This document shows positions 37,701 through 50,330 of a stretch of DNA of 64,000 nucleotides, piece by piece. The stretch's first letter is position 1. The number at the start of each line of letters is the position of its first letter. Made by a program: the position numbers and the translations under genes. A model generated the notes under the pieces. The model ran no database searches. It was not told where the DNA came from and saw only the letters and a program-made list of their open reading frames with translations. Source of the stretch: Styela clava (lineage: Eukaryota); assembly GCF_964204865.1 (NCBI RefSeq), contig NC_135260.1:11656001-11720000 (forward strand), in the 5' to 3' direction.

Positions 37701-40700
37701 AAGTTTGCATATTACCGGTAAGTATGTTGAGGCGATTGTATATTCCCAGAAAACGACACTTAGCACTGGCTAGTGGAGTAACCATGGGAACTGCAGCACA
37801 GAGTCCGTACAGTAACAAATACAACCAGCGCAAAAGCGACAAAATTTGTCCACATGAAACCCTCCTTAATTGTCTGATCAGAATGTTTAGCAAAAGTTAA
37901 TACCTGATTGCTCTTCTTTTTCTTTCTCTGAATCTAAACCAACCGGCATATTTTCAACCTCTCGCATTAACTGATTAGTGAGGGAATCTGCCATTGTTTT
38001 TTCAATATGATCCAAATCAAATTGTGATTGCCAAGCATCTTCCAATGCACCAACAAAAGTTGAAACATATTTCTCTATCTTGAAATAAAAAAATAGTAAA
38101 CAAATTTAGCATCAAAAATTAGACGAGAATATCGGTCAGAGACCGAAGACTTATCGATCGAAAGTTAAGGGATCCCCCAAAACAACGCTCTTACTCCATA
38201 GTGACACCTTCTGTCCCATTACTAATTAATTAATAACTCGCTAATTATACGACATAATTGGCCCAAAATCAATAGGCTTCTGGTCCAAGATAAGATGAAT
38301 GCACATGCAAAATCTGGAGCAGATTCAAACTCGCTTTCGTGAGATATCGCGTGCACTTAACAGACAACAGACAGACAAATACCTATCAACATACTTACCG
38401 ATTAAAATCGATAAGTAATAAACTTAGTTTGAATTTTGATTTTGATAAAATTTGTTGTACTATTTCATTTATGATCTTCAACCAAGTATACTCTATATTT
38501 AGGATATTGAGATATTGATTAGAAAATGCTGTAATCTTTCTATAACTTAACCTAATCTATAACTTTCACTTTTATCGTTATAGGAAATTATCACTATAAC
38601 ATTGTTGTCTGCTAGCACAACCATGACATCATAATTTTGAATCATTGTTCCACATAGCACTTCCTTATTCTTTGTTACATTATAGTTATTTATGGATTTT
38701 GTCGATCTGCAATAACCCTGTTTTGATTTGTTTGATTGATTGTTTTACAGGAAGCAAATATGTGTTGAACTTGGGTGCATTTGATCTGAAGCTTAAAAAA
38801 AGCTTGAAATAGTAATTCAGCTATACCTTTCTTGCTACATCAGCTGTTGGTAAATGTTGATTCTTTTTTAATAAATCCGCAACATTCATCACAAGTAGTT
38901 TTTGTTTGAAGGCATCCAGACTTCGTAATCTGTCTCTGAAAAATGATAGAAGAATGAATCAATGTAAAAGTTTAATATATATTCTTGTAAGTTCAAAGTA
39001 GTAGGAGTACGAGTGGAATTTTCTTATTTATCCCAGGGTGAAGCAATTCAATAAGACTGCTAAAGCATATGGTGATACACAGCCTCTTACCCCGTTACCA
39101 GTCCATGTAGGGTATGGGAAAACTTTACCAGTTATTTGTTCCAGATGCATGGACTTGATGGTGAAAGAAGCTATAACGAACAAGCGTTTGCATGAACCAA
39201 CTGACAAGAAGAACGCAGTATTCTTTTGCACGTAATCATACTCTGTGGAATTCAAATCAACCCATGGTAATAGATTAGCTTTCAGCATGATATGCCAACC
39301 ACAGAGCCAATTGCTTGCAAAATGTTAGATATAGTTTACAGTAAAAATGTATACACTTGCATTGTAGATATGCAATGATATAAATTTACATTGCAAACAA
39401 TTATGAACCAGAATAAATGAATAGTAATATTAATATTACAATATTTGAATATGCGAATGAACGAATATACTATGTTATTATGAAAGAAAAAACATTTGAA
39501 AAAAAATTGTATCAATACTTTCGGGAAGTTAACAAACGATGAGTCCATTTATTTTTCCATTTCCTCATTAAAACATTTTTTTCATATACATCATATACAC
39601 ATAAATTCCACTTACTCCACTACAAATCTTTCAATAAGTTTGATTGCTTCAGCTTCAAAAGGTTTTCTATTTGCTTTATTGGTTTCTTTGGACTTTGACT
39701 GAAATATTTTAATTCACGTAAACAATATGGAGAAAAACGCAGATTCTGTCCAATGAAAATAATACGGTAATATGAATAGCACATACAATAAAAATTGGTT
39801 ATATTCAATTTAGTAAATTTTTGATTTTAGGAAAAATTTAGAATATCCCAATTTGAAAATGTCTTTTTAAGATTTAATATCTTATGATAAATAAAAAATT
39901 AGTAAACTTCTCTGACAGAATAAAATAGCAAATACTAATGAAAACAAACTTTATCTCAATTATTCTGTATATCCAAATTACCGTAAATCGATGAATTTAC
40001 AGTTGTCTGTCTTGGTGAATTTCTCTTGTTAAACTCCACAAAGCCATTTTAGAATATGTTCAATATCTCATATTCAAAAAGACTATTTTTATTTATTTGA
40101 AATACTGATTGGTTCGGTTTTGGACATTTCTGACATTTATATATAATATGAATAGTGAATACCATATATATATATATATGTTGGCAGTTTCATATATTCT
40201 CTAGTGCATAGGTTCTCAAAGTGCTCCGTACGGAGCCCCAGGGCTCCGCGAGAGAAACCCAGGGGCTCCGCGAGCTATTCGATTACTTTTCAAAATACTG
40301 ACTAATTTTGTAATTGTTCAAAGAAGCAATAACAGCTTTGATATAATCTAACAACAATATAGCCTCGAAATACGGCAAAGAGACGGAGTAAAAAAAATGA
40401 CATTATCTGTAAGCAGGAGCACAGCCAGGATTCTTAAGAGGGAGGTGGTTCAATTTCCGCGCAACATTCACGATTAAAAAACGGATGACGAGATTTCTGT
40501 TGCGTAAAATATTCAATCCATGACCGATGCGAGCATTTAAAGTGTCTCGTCGTTAAAATGTAATTGTGCTCATCTTTACTCACCTTTGATTCGAGATTAC
40601 TATTAGGATTACTAAAATGAAAGAATACCATTCTAATAACATAAAATATGTGATAAACTGTCAACTATAAATAAATTGGAGTCGTATATTTGCGATCTTG

Positions 40701-43700
40701 GGATTTGTCAAACTTGATTTGTTCTTCCGCACTTGAGATTATTATTAAGCAAGATATCGCCGTTTAAAAAATCACAATGTCTGGGCAAAATACGAACAGC
40801 TAAAATTTATTATATTGCACACGGCTACGTCGATAGTTTCAGAATGAAAAAAGGTACATCGCGGATCGCGCTCACAATTGATTGCGTGCGGCTCCGTCGG
40901 CAGTTTCAAAATGGGTAAAAAAGGTACATCGCACGCACAATTGACGCACGCACAATTGACGATTTCGCATTTACTACGATGAAAATCTAACATAACAGCA
41001 AATTTTGTGATTTACTATGTCTACAAAAGCGTTTTCAATCTGAGGTGAGTCTGCTGAAACCAAACGTGTGATCTTCCATTTTAAGTTTTAATATTTTGGT
41101 GCCGCTTTTCAATCAAGAAATTTGAGTTGCGGATCTACCTCTTCATTAGTTATTATTTTCAGCAGTTCGTCGCCGATGACTATAAAATGGTAACATATTT
41201 TTCACATTGAACTCATAATTCCCCACGAGAACAAAAATGCAATTTACGTCGTCATTGTGTAACAATACATGTATATATATACCAGGGAAATTTTTGATTT
41301 ACGGAGAATAAACACCGGCGTAAAGATTGTAGGTTCAAATACACGCCGCCATGCTGAGGAAAAAATCGGCGATTTTAACAAAATGCAATCGCGCACATTA
41401 TTAGCGGCCTTTTAAGTCTTCCAAAAATGTCAAAAGGGAATAGATTCGAACCCGAATTTATTAGTATGTTTGTCAAGTGTCAAATTTACAGCTTTAGTAT
41501 ATATAATTTATGTTTGAAATTTAGATATATTTATGACTTGTATTAACTCTAATAAAAAAGGTTCAGCATTTAAATTGAGTAAAGTACTTTTAACTTGCTC
41601 AAGAATATTAATCTGAAAGTTACAATTTTAACATTTATTTCGGGGCTCCGTGAATAATAGTCAACAATTTCAAGGGCTCCGCGACACCAAAAGTTTGAGA
41701 ACCCCTGCTCTAGTGGAACAATTTGTCTGACAACTCAAAATCTCTAATTTTTAAATAAAAATGTTCTAAATTGTTCCTAAATCAAATATTTATTATATTG
41801 AATATAACTAATCTACAATGTATTTGATTCGTTCTGGACATCACTGCTGAGGGCCCAGCACGAGAATCCATCCTAGACATTGTACGATATTTACTCACAT
41901 GTAATTCAAGGGATATTTTGTGATACAATTAGACATATTATTTCATGTTGCATATCAGTTGAGCAAAAAACATTTATTTTATGGAGAAATCACACTTTAG
42001 TGTTAGGAAGTTCAACTTTATGAAGCAATACTCACAAAATCGGGAAACATTGGTTTCTTGTCAGACGTTGGTTTTTGATTTTTTGTTGATGGTAACAGTG
42101 AATCAACTAAACTTTTCATTTGACCATAAAACAATTGCTCAAGACCATCTCCCTTCACAGGCTTTTCATCTTTCTGTTCAAAAGCCTCCTCCTGTAGAAT
42201 AACGATATTCGAATTGGTTTGGATGTTAATATTGATACGGAGGAGAAAAACATCGATAAATTGGCTTATTCATATGATGATTCGTGTATTGGTCTATTTG
42301 CCAGTCGATATTGGGAATGGAATAGTTGACCAGTTATTCATTCCTGATGCATAGAGTTGGTGGTGGGCGAAGGCGTAGCTGACCACCAGTTATGTGTGGA
42401 CCACCCCACCATGGCAAGGTGTTCAGCGATTCTCTTGCTCACACAAAATCCCCTGGAACTCCAACATGTGAACCTGTGCAGGGTATTCGGAGGTATAATG
42501 ACAAGAGAGGTACCAAGATTGAAAAGGATGTGCAACCAGCACATTGCTCGACGATGGGGCGCATTGTGCTGAGCAATGGGAATACGCTTGCCACAGCTCC
42601 TAAGATTAACCTGCGTGAGTTCGCATCCTGTGGTGGATAATTATGTGCGCGAGAGGATTGCAGGACTCCTCGCTGCCATAGGGTGGTTCATGTAAGTGAT
42701 GGCCGATTACGTTTCCACCACGCATCTGAAAAAAAATAACCGGCTAACAAATCACCAAACCTGGCATGAATTGGCAACCAGATGAGCAGCAGTGGCTCAC
42801 CATATGCATTAATTAAGCAGTCTTATTGATATTCTCCCTCCTCCGGGATAAATATGTAAATCCTATACTAAGATCATAGCAACACTAAACCTACCCAAGA
42901 CTATACAGCAGGGGTCACCAATCTTTACGAAGCAGCGGGCTACTTTCTGGGTACCGATTAAGCTAAGTGGGTCTTGCAGATGTTCATCGGTGAGGCGTGT
43001 TCAGTGTTTGTTCTTGATGAAGTTCATATAATAAAAGGCTGATTCGCAAAGATAGGTTGAACCAAACAAGCTTGCCTACCATCGAAGCTGCTGTTCATGC
43101 ACCACAGCACTTTCTGTGTCAACTAGCACCCTAAAGTGTGACAGGCCCTGATTGGCTTTGAGGTGGAGGTTATTTAGCAGTGTCACAACTTTGGGCTCCG
43201 TCTGTCCACCATCAAGGCTGAACGTTGCTCAACAATACTTATCACGCATGACTCCAGCTGACCCAGCGTGTGTGATGTCATAATTGGAATGACCAGTGAC
43301 ATTACCTATGTCACATATATAAAAGGTTGACCGGTGCAATAATTAATATATTGTCATTTACATTTCTCATATAATGTTTAAACAAGAATAAAATTAATAA
43401 ATATAGCTTACTGATAAGTGCCATTATTTGAGTTATTTCAAAAAAGGCCTGCGGGCGACTCATATGGTCCTTGCGAGCGACTTGGTGCCCACAACAGGTT
43501 GGTGACCCCTGCTATACACCCACTACAGATGACACTACCTACGAACAACAAATAAGTATCAAGCATGACTGTACAAACCTTTTGTTGTTGCAACAATGCT
43601 GCCCTTGCTTCCGCAGCTGAAAACGAATAATACCAAAATATTAATGTGTTCCTGTACTTTGAGTCAGTCTTTGACTTTACGAATTAAACTTGAAAATATT

Positions 43701-46700
43701 GCTTAGACATTGAACTACGGTAAATACTGAAATATGACTCGAAAAAAATGTTCTTACTGGCTCATATATGATTATTTAAAGCGACAATTATTTTATGTAA
43801 AATCATGAAAATAGGTTCATATTTTAGGTCAACTTAATAGCAAAATTGTGTCATATTTCTATTTTTAGTGATGGCATTCACCTAATGTTTACAGTAAACA
43901 CATGAACAATAAAACTGTTTGAACTTAACGACATAACGCTGACCACTAAATCAAGCTCACAATATTGGTTAAGCATTGCGTAGGAATAGAGAGTCGCTAC
44001 TAACTGCATTCTATTCTTACTAAGATTGCTTGCTACATTGGCTCCATAGCTAACAATATCCTGTTCCTTTTACATCTCTTCCTTCATATATACAATCCTA
44101 CCTTGTTTTCCCAATTGTTTGAAAACAGGTTTTAAACCAGGATATGGGAAAGGATGTTGTTTCATCAGTTTAGGATATTCGAAGTTGAAAAACTCATAGG
44201 CTTCGCTAGCCAAACGTCGGGCAGCAGCTCGTTTGAATATTTCTTTCCTGTTCTGTTTTTTAGCTGAAACATTAGATACACAATAGAAGTGTACAATTGG
44301 TTATAAATCGCATTACATCGATGAAGGATAATCGGTGCCGCACTAAATCACAATCCCCATGAACTAATGCTGAGTGAATTGTTTAAAGTAGCGCAATAAA
44401 AAGATTGAATAAAGCTGGAAAAATCAAACTGCTATATGCAAAAGAATCAATGGAGGTAATGTAGGAGAAGAGAATTGAAGATGAGAATGAGATATTCAGA
44501 AAGAATACAAGATGATTATCACCGATTCAGAAACAATAGTAAAATGGTTTTAAAACCTAGCAAGTAAGCCAAAAAGAGAACAGAAGTAAAAAAGCCAAAT
44601 TGATTCATTTATCATCGAAGAGTTCACCAAATAAAATTTGTTAAAACCCACTCACGTTCTACCAGTACCCAAACAGCATATTTTATTCATTAAATAAAGC
44701 TTATATCTCATAACTAAACTGACAAGATACTCAACTTCACCTCAACATTCATTTTATTAGCTTGAGTGAGTAACTAATGTCAATGTGCAAAACCATCTGT
44801 TAACAAAGCATGCTGATAAGGCAACATCTTACAACAGTACAAAATGTGTTAGCTCAACGACCAAAATGCAGAAAAGCAGAAAACAGCTTCCAAATATCTC
44901 AAATAAAATAATTCAACAGTTAGCGTCCTACATAATTGAGTATATAACTGAATCTAAAAACTTGATTTATTTACTGAAACTCACCACAGCCAAACAGCCA
45001 TTGAGATTATTGAAATGACAACAACGAAAAATTAGTAAATTCCTATGTAAATTTCATGGTTACTAGTTCTGATCCGATAACAAAGTGAATAAAATGAAGA
45101 TGTTATGATTCATAACAATGTAAAACAACCAGAAGAAAATTGTTATTAACTTCTGCAAGGTAGTAATTATTAATATTATAACACCACCCCGTTATCGCAC
45201 CAATTGGATGTACCATAAATAACTTTGAATTATGGAAAAGATTAAAGAAATTTCACAGTAACAGAGTAACAAAACAAGAAATTCACTGATAATTTTCTTT
45301 TGATTTATAAATAAAATTATTAAGTAAATTACAATATTTTTTTTACACAAGTACGAAATAATCAAATTCTTAATTAAAAAATGATGAAATCTGTTATACC
45401 CACAAAATTGAAAATTGAAATTTTAAAATAAAATGGCTTTTTGGTTGTCTAAACATAGTGTATTGACATTCAGACTCGACCACTTTTTTGTTTAATTTTG
45501 AAATGAAAATTAGAGTTCATGCATTTTTTTGTGATAAATTGCCCACTCAAATTTTTATTTCAACGAATTCTTATTCAAATGAATCATTATTGAAAACAGA
45601 TTCATCATCCAACAGTAAATGCAATGACAAAATACACATATTTGAATATGGTTTGAAATCAGGGTAATTATGAGCTAGGCTGCTAGGTTCATAATAAAAG
45701 CCAAGAAATTGATTATTTAAATTTTGATTCTATTCTGTTATTTATTACAAAAATAATAGTGAGCTTTTGGGGCTGGAGAACTAGTTTGGAATCACAATGT
45801 TTCACGATTATTCAAATTAGTCAAAACTATGATAAAAGGGTTCTAAATTTTAAAATTAAACTTTTTAAATATATACGAATTCAATAACCTAACACTTTTA
45901 AATCAACTTAGAATTTAAATTTAAAAAATATAAGCTAAAAAGAATAGATTTTAATATTCATAAGTAGTATTAGAAACTACAAGGTTGTACTTTATTAATA
46001 TGATATAATATAGGACGTGCATAAAGTCTTGAAATTTTTTAAAATTGCAAGGGGAATTAATCGATACCATAATATTGTTTTCACCCTTACCGATGCATTG
46101 AAGAGGTAAAAATCACTGATTAATAAACAACAAACCTGGTTAAGAATCAAGATTTGTTGAGAACTGACTTTATAAAAAAATCGAAATTGTATAAGTAAAT
46201 CATGGACACCCTGATGTATATTTAGCCTGTAGTATATTTACCTTGTTCCATTTCCTTAAATTTGGCAAAATCATCCGGAGCAAGCACAGGTCTGCAAACT
46301 ATTTCTACAGGTTTTGGATTTTTCAGTGGTTTAGTATTAGGATGGGAACAAATGTAGGGTGTGTGAACAGTAATAATATAACTGCATGTTGACGGCTCGT
46401 CCACTCTGGCTATGTATGTTTCTGGTGATGAATCGTCGCACACATACTAGAAATAGAGAAAACTCATTTTCTAAAATCTTATTAGTCACTGATTTCGTTT
46501 ACAAAATGAAAAATAATTTTCGCCGATTCAATCTCCAAGTTCAATCAAATAGAAAAATTGTACAATATTGAATCTCGATGAATCGTCACACAGATACTAG
46601 AACAAGAGAAAACTCGTTTTCTGAGATCTTATTAGTTAGTACAGGATACTGTTACAAGCTGGAAAACAGAAGAACATTCAATCTAAGTTTAATCAAATAA

Positions 46701-48546
46701 AAAATCGGCACAAAATTGGATGTTATTTTTGCTTTTTAATGTTTCATAAAATCTTAATGGTAAATACCAGTTATATCGTGGATAAGAAACACGAATTTAA
46801 ACCAAAATGTATCATTGATTTATTTGTTAGATTATAAAAATGAAGATTTTTTTAATTCAAATTTTATCACTAATTTAAAGAGTGACAACAGAAGCAAAAC
46901 TCAAATGCTATATCTATAATCTGAACATTCACAATCAATGGAATCATATTGATAACAAATCAACTTCAATCCGAAACGATGAGAAAAAAGGCATAGTAAA
47001 TAAAAAGAATAATTATAACATTAAAAAATATGTTACCCTGATTTCAGTATCCCGTTTATGATCAATGATATCACAAGAAGTTCCATTCACATAAGATTGA
47101 CTATGGTATCTATTTAATCTATGTCTTCTGAATTTTGTTGCTTCTTCTGCAATCTCCCTATTCCAATCAAAATCAGCTTCATAGTATCCAAGAAAAGTAA
47201 TATCACCTTTGGGTGTATCACCTAAACATGTTAATGTAAATAAAATGTATTTAAAATGTTGCAACCAAATGCTGACATTCTCCAAATTAGTGAGCCTTAA
47301 TGGTATATGATAGCATCTGGTTACAGTCAGATTACACCAGGTCATTCTTAGTGGATTAGAGAAAGAAACAAAAATATTTGAAAATTAAGGATATCTAGGT
47401 TTAAAAAATATTGACAGGATAGCTTAATTGAGAAAGCTTTTCATTAATGTAATCCCAAGGAATAAGACAACAACGGTGGTATTGTACACCCCAAGACCCA
47501 ATGCAAGATTTCAAAGTTTTCAGTGTTGAAACAAATATTGAAATGAACGAAAACCATGCAAAAATAACCTTCTGAGTGATACTGCTTCACATATTTCCCA
47601 TAGCAAAATTCATAAGTCCACCACCCAACAACCGTTTTCAAGCATGACTCCCTTTTCATTGGCTCAAGAAGAGATGATAGTGGTGTTGTTTTGGAAATTT
47701 TTTCTTCATCTTTTTCTTCATTACTTTGAGCGAGAAAAGGAAGTTTACAATAATAGTTTTGACCATGGCGTGATGCAAGCTTCAATCCTTCCGCTGACTG
47801 TTTCGGCAACTAAAAATTAACAAAGGTTAAGATATTATTTCATATATTTCAGAAACTGTTAACTTTCTCTCTCTTAACGGCTTGTTCAGAGTAAATGCAT
47901 GAAAACGTTGCATATAAAATATACATAGTTGTGCATAGAAGGAAGGATAAATCGTATGTAGAACACCCCAAAATTTTATTTCTGTGTAGACTAATGGACT
48001 TTTTAAAATAACAATTCCTATATCAAGATACAGCCATATACTTAATTGATATATGTAAAAATAGGTGACCGTACATTTGAACCCATGTACATTTGAACCC
48101 ATGCGTATATCCACGGGTTCAATCTATATGCGGGTGCTAAAACCCATGGGTTAGTATGGGTTAACTATCCGTGAAACAAAAAAAATTCTATAGGTGCAAT
48201 AGCATACAGGTGCAATGGTCATGGGTTCAAATGTACGTGGGTTCAAATGTAATGGAACCGTAAAAATATATTTAAAATACCATACCAATGGAAGGATCTC
48301 AAAATAGCTGAAGTGCCTTATTGTTCTGTTGCTATAATGCCATAAATTACTGTAATACAACTTTGAACAATTGCTAAACTTGTAAACAATACAATACTGC
48401 AAAATACTCACTTCCAATTCATTCATTGGTCCGCTTATTATATCCAAGGCATATTTCGAATTTGTCAGTTCTTCAATATTAAGAAATCCATTGCAAATTG
48501 AGAAAAATGAAAGAAAAACACAGGATAATACCTCCCAGTCTACCAT
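34785..48546 (-). CDS. OS9: ERAD lectin OS-9 (MRH/PRKCSH domain). Exons 48412-48546, 47569-47809, 47037-47221, 46242-46446, 44102-44263, 43579-43616, 42036-42191, 39616-39698, 38827-38935, 37904-38078, 36986-37147, 35667-35776, 34785-34949 (1926 nt, 641 aa)
   Basis: Signal peptide followed by LNIEEL; MRH motifs CLKTVVGWWTYEFCYGKYVKQYH, LGYYEADFDW, HRLNRYHSQSYVNGTSCD, YIARVDEPSTCSYIITVHTPYICSHP. The C-terminal exons were joined by GT-AG and phase continuity and are less certain than the first four. Confidence 0.9.
36112..36749 (-). mobile_element. hAT MITE, inverted and internally shorter copy of 20785-21588, in an OS9 intron
   Basis: Same TIRs and collinear internal sequence (for example acactgtacagcacttc); TSD not preserved. 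Confidence 0.88.
38121..38420. mobile_element. Helentron-associated (HINE/DINE-1-like) non-autonomous element
   Basis: Subterminal IR ACTTATCGAT (38149-38158) versus ATCGATAAGT (38407-38416), terminal stem-loop ACTTACCGAT-taaa-ATCGATAAGT, (CAGA)n microsatellite at about 38360-38377, A/T-rich flanks and no TSD. Confidence 0.65.
39010..39300 (-). mobile_element. Degraded copy of the tRNA-derived SINE
   Basis: tatttatcccaggg...catatggtga...gttaccagtccatgtagggtatgggaa...gcatggacttgatggtgaaagaagc is collinear with 19230-19400. Confidence 0.75.
40207..41707. mobile_element. 1.5-kb non-autonomous hAT element with apparent nested inserts
   Basis: TIRs CATAGGTTCTCAAA/TTTGAGAACCCCTG, GGGCTCCG subterminal repeats at both ends, perfect TSD ctctagtg (40199-40206, 41708-41715). 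Confidence 0.9.
42215..42500 (-). mobile_element. Degraded copy of the tRNA-derived SINE
   Basis: ggagaaaaacatcgataaattggcttattcatatg...atgcatagagttggtggtgggcgaaggcgtagctgaccaccagttatgtgtggaccaccc is collinear with 19245-19470. Confidence 0.65.
42555..42868 (+). mobile_element. Copy of the tRNA-derived SINE
   Basis: B box-like gagttcgcatcc, body gagaggattgcaggactcctcgc...gggtggttca, and tail ccgggataaatatgtaaatcctat. Confidence 0.8.
42909..43511 (-). mobile_element. Internally deleted hAT (Buster/Charlie/SPIN-like) element retaining the transposase C-terminus
   Basis: TIRs CAGGGGTCACCAA/TTGGTGACCCCTG, TSD ctatacag/ctatacac (7/8). The minus strand at about 42961-43077 reads ASLFGSTYLCESAF..MNFIKNKH*TRLTDEHLQD, the hAT dimerization-domain signature. 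Confidence 0.9.
46427..46720. repeat. ~150-bp tandem duplication spanning the OS9 exon-4 acceptor
   Basis: gatgaatcgtc(g/a)caca(c/g)atactagaa..agagaaaactc.ttttct.a.atcttattagt occurs at 46427 and 46577. Confidence 0.85.
48063..48260. mobile_element. Palindromic MITE in OS9 intron 1
   Basis: TACATTTGAACCCA x2 at the left end and TGGGTTCAAATGTA x2 at the right end. Confidence 0.7.
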
Positions 48547-49691
48547 TTTGCATTAGTAAATAGTCTTGATTTTCAATCAATCATTTATTTTGGTTCTCTG
48601 ACATAAACAATACAAAAAGTAAACAGACAAACAAAATGCAGAGATACCTGGGAGACGGATTTTAAATACACTAATAGATTTTCCAGCAGTCAGACAGAGA
48701 GTATATTCTGATATTGATGACAACCACAGGATCCGGTCTTATACTTATAAGTTACCGGTACCGTAGCTCCATAAGATACGGTACTCAGTGCTACCGGTAC
48801 ACTTTTTGTGGGTTGGACTACAGACCTGAAGTTATTGAATAAACAAATGATCAAAAAATGCAAAAAGGTCAACCTGTTAATCCTAAGTTACATGCATAAA
48901 ATTTCGGCTAGTCAAATGTCCGTACCTCACAACAGACAGGCAAAACAACAACAATACGTAGGCTACTGCGACAGGGACACGTAATGTTAATACATTTATG
49001 TGCTGCCGACATCTGCACGTCTTGCATTTCAATTTTCAATAAGTCTTTGGCGACATTTGTCGAGTACCTACAAGTAAAATGTTCAATAACATAAAATACT
49101 GGAAATGTGTGAAATTTTCTCTCGATGCCTTTATATACTATTTACGCGATGGTACAATAGGTAAATGCAGAAACGCACATCGTTTATTCATTAAAATAAC
49201 GTTGGTCGGCCACCTTCTTTCGTTACTGTAAAATTCTAGCGATATTCGCCAAAGTCACAAGCATAACCGACTGTAACTCATATAAACAAAATAATGCAAA
49301 TCGACTTTTCATACACGGAGACGCACTTTTTATGTAAGAAAGGTGTGAAAAGGCGATTGCCATTTCTGTGAAAGAGCGATTGCCTAAAAAAACGGTTAGC
49401 TTGGATCCATGTGAAAATAAACACGCTTCCCATCGTGCTTTATCCCAGTTTACTTTCACAACATTCTAATTGTAAAAAACGGGATATTTATTTTTTATTT
49501 TACTTGATACAATATTCCAATCCAAAGATTCAGAATTCTTTATTGTATTAACGAAAAAACACAATCCTAGCAATGATGTATCGCGATTCGACGAAGGAGG
49601 AGGCGCTTAACTTGCTTCTTCTGGCAGAGTCTTCTTGGATAATTTAGACTAGAGTGCTCAGAACAGAAGTAGCTCCTCCAAACATTCGTTG

Positions 49692-50330
49692 CAGTGTTGC
49701 CAACTTGGATTATTTTAATCTAGATTTAGATAATTTTCGTATGATTTAGTTAGATGTAAGAATTACCCATTTAGATGTTAGATTATTTTCTAAATTATTT
49801 CAGCATTCATTTAGATATTTTTAGATTATTTTGACAAATGTTGTTTTGCATTGTTTTCTAGTGGCAAAGAAGTGAAGTGCAGTTCACCAGTACCTAGCAG
49901 TGGCTAACATTTGTTGTCCATTCACTACCAGGACTCCCGATTCATTTATGACTCTTAAAAACTCCGAAACACCAGAGCTGGAAGCGTCTATTTCCACACT
50001 TCTATGTTGCCACTCAGCTATTTCTAATTGCAGAATTTTGACCACTTAGTTGATTGTTGTAAAAGAAATCTCCTCACAATCAAAACAGTGTCCAAAATGA
50101 AAATGCACCGAACTAAATGTACCATATCATAAGAAATACCTTGTGTGAGCATTTTAAAACAGGCCTAAGACGAGATATTGGTGATGGCAGATTTAGTATT
50201 CTAGATTCAGATTCAGCATGTCTAACAAAAAGATTGTGTCAACCTATCAGGAACTTACAGCTTGTGCTGCTCAACACATTGTTATAGCTATTACAGCCTA
50301 TTAGGAATGTACTCTGTTCACATAAATTGA
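49692..50330 (+). mobile_element. hAT transposon relic (left end plus transposase pseudogene fragments)
   Basis: CAGTGTTGCCAAC terminus, then a TAGAT-rich subterminal array, then frameshifted peptides CCHSAI..DHLVDCCK..SKMKMHRTKCT..IIRNTLCEHFKTGLRRDIGDGRFSILD..KKIVSTY, typical of the hAT catalytic-domain N-terminal part. Confidence 0.75.

Noticed and set aside
39982-40050. Exon-like stretch with a GTAATT donor in an OS9 intron
   Set aside because: No usable AG acceptor without an in-frame stop, and the flanking exons already join in phase.
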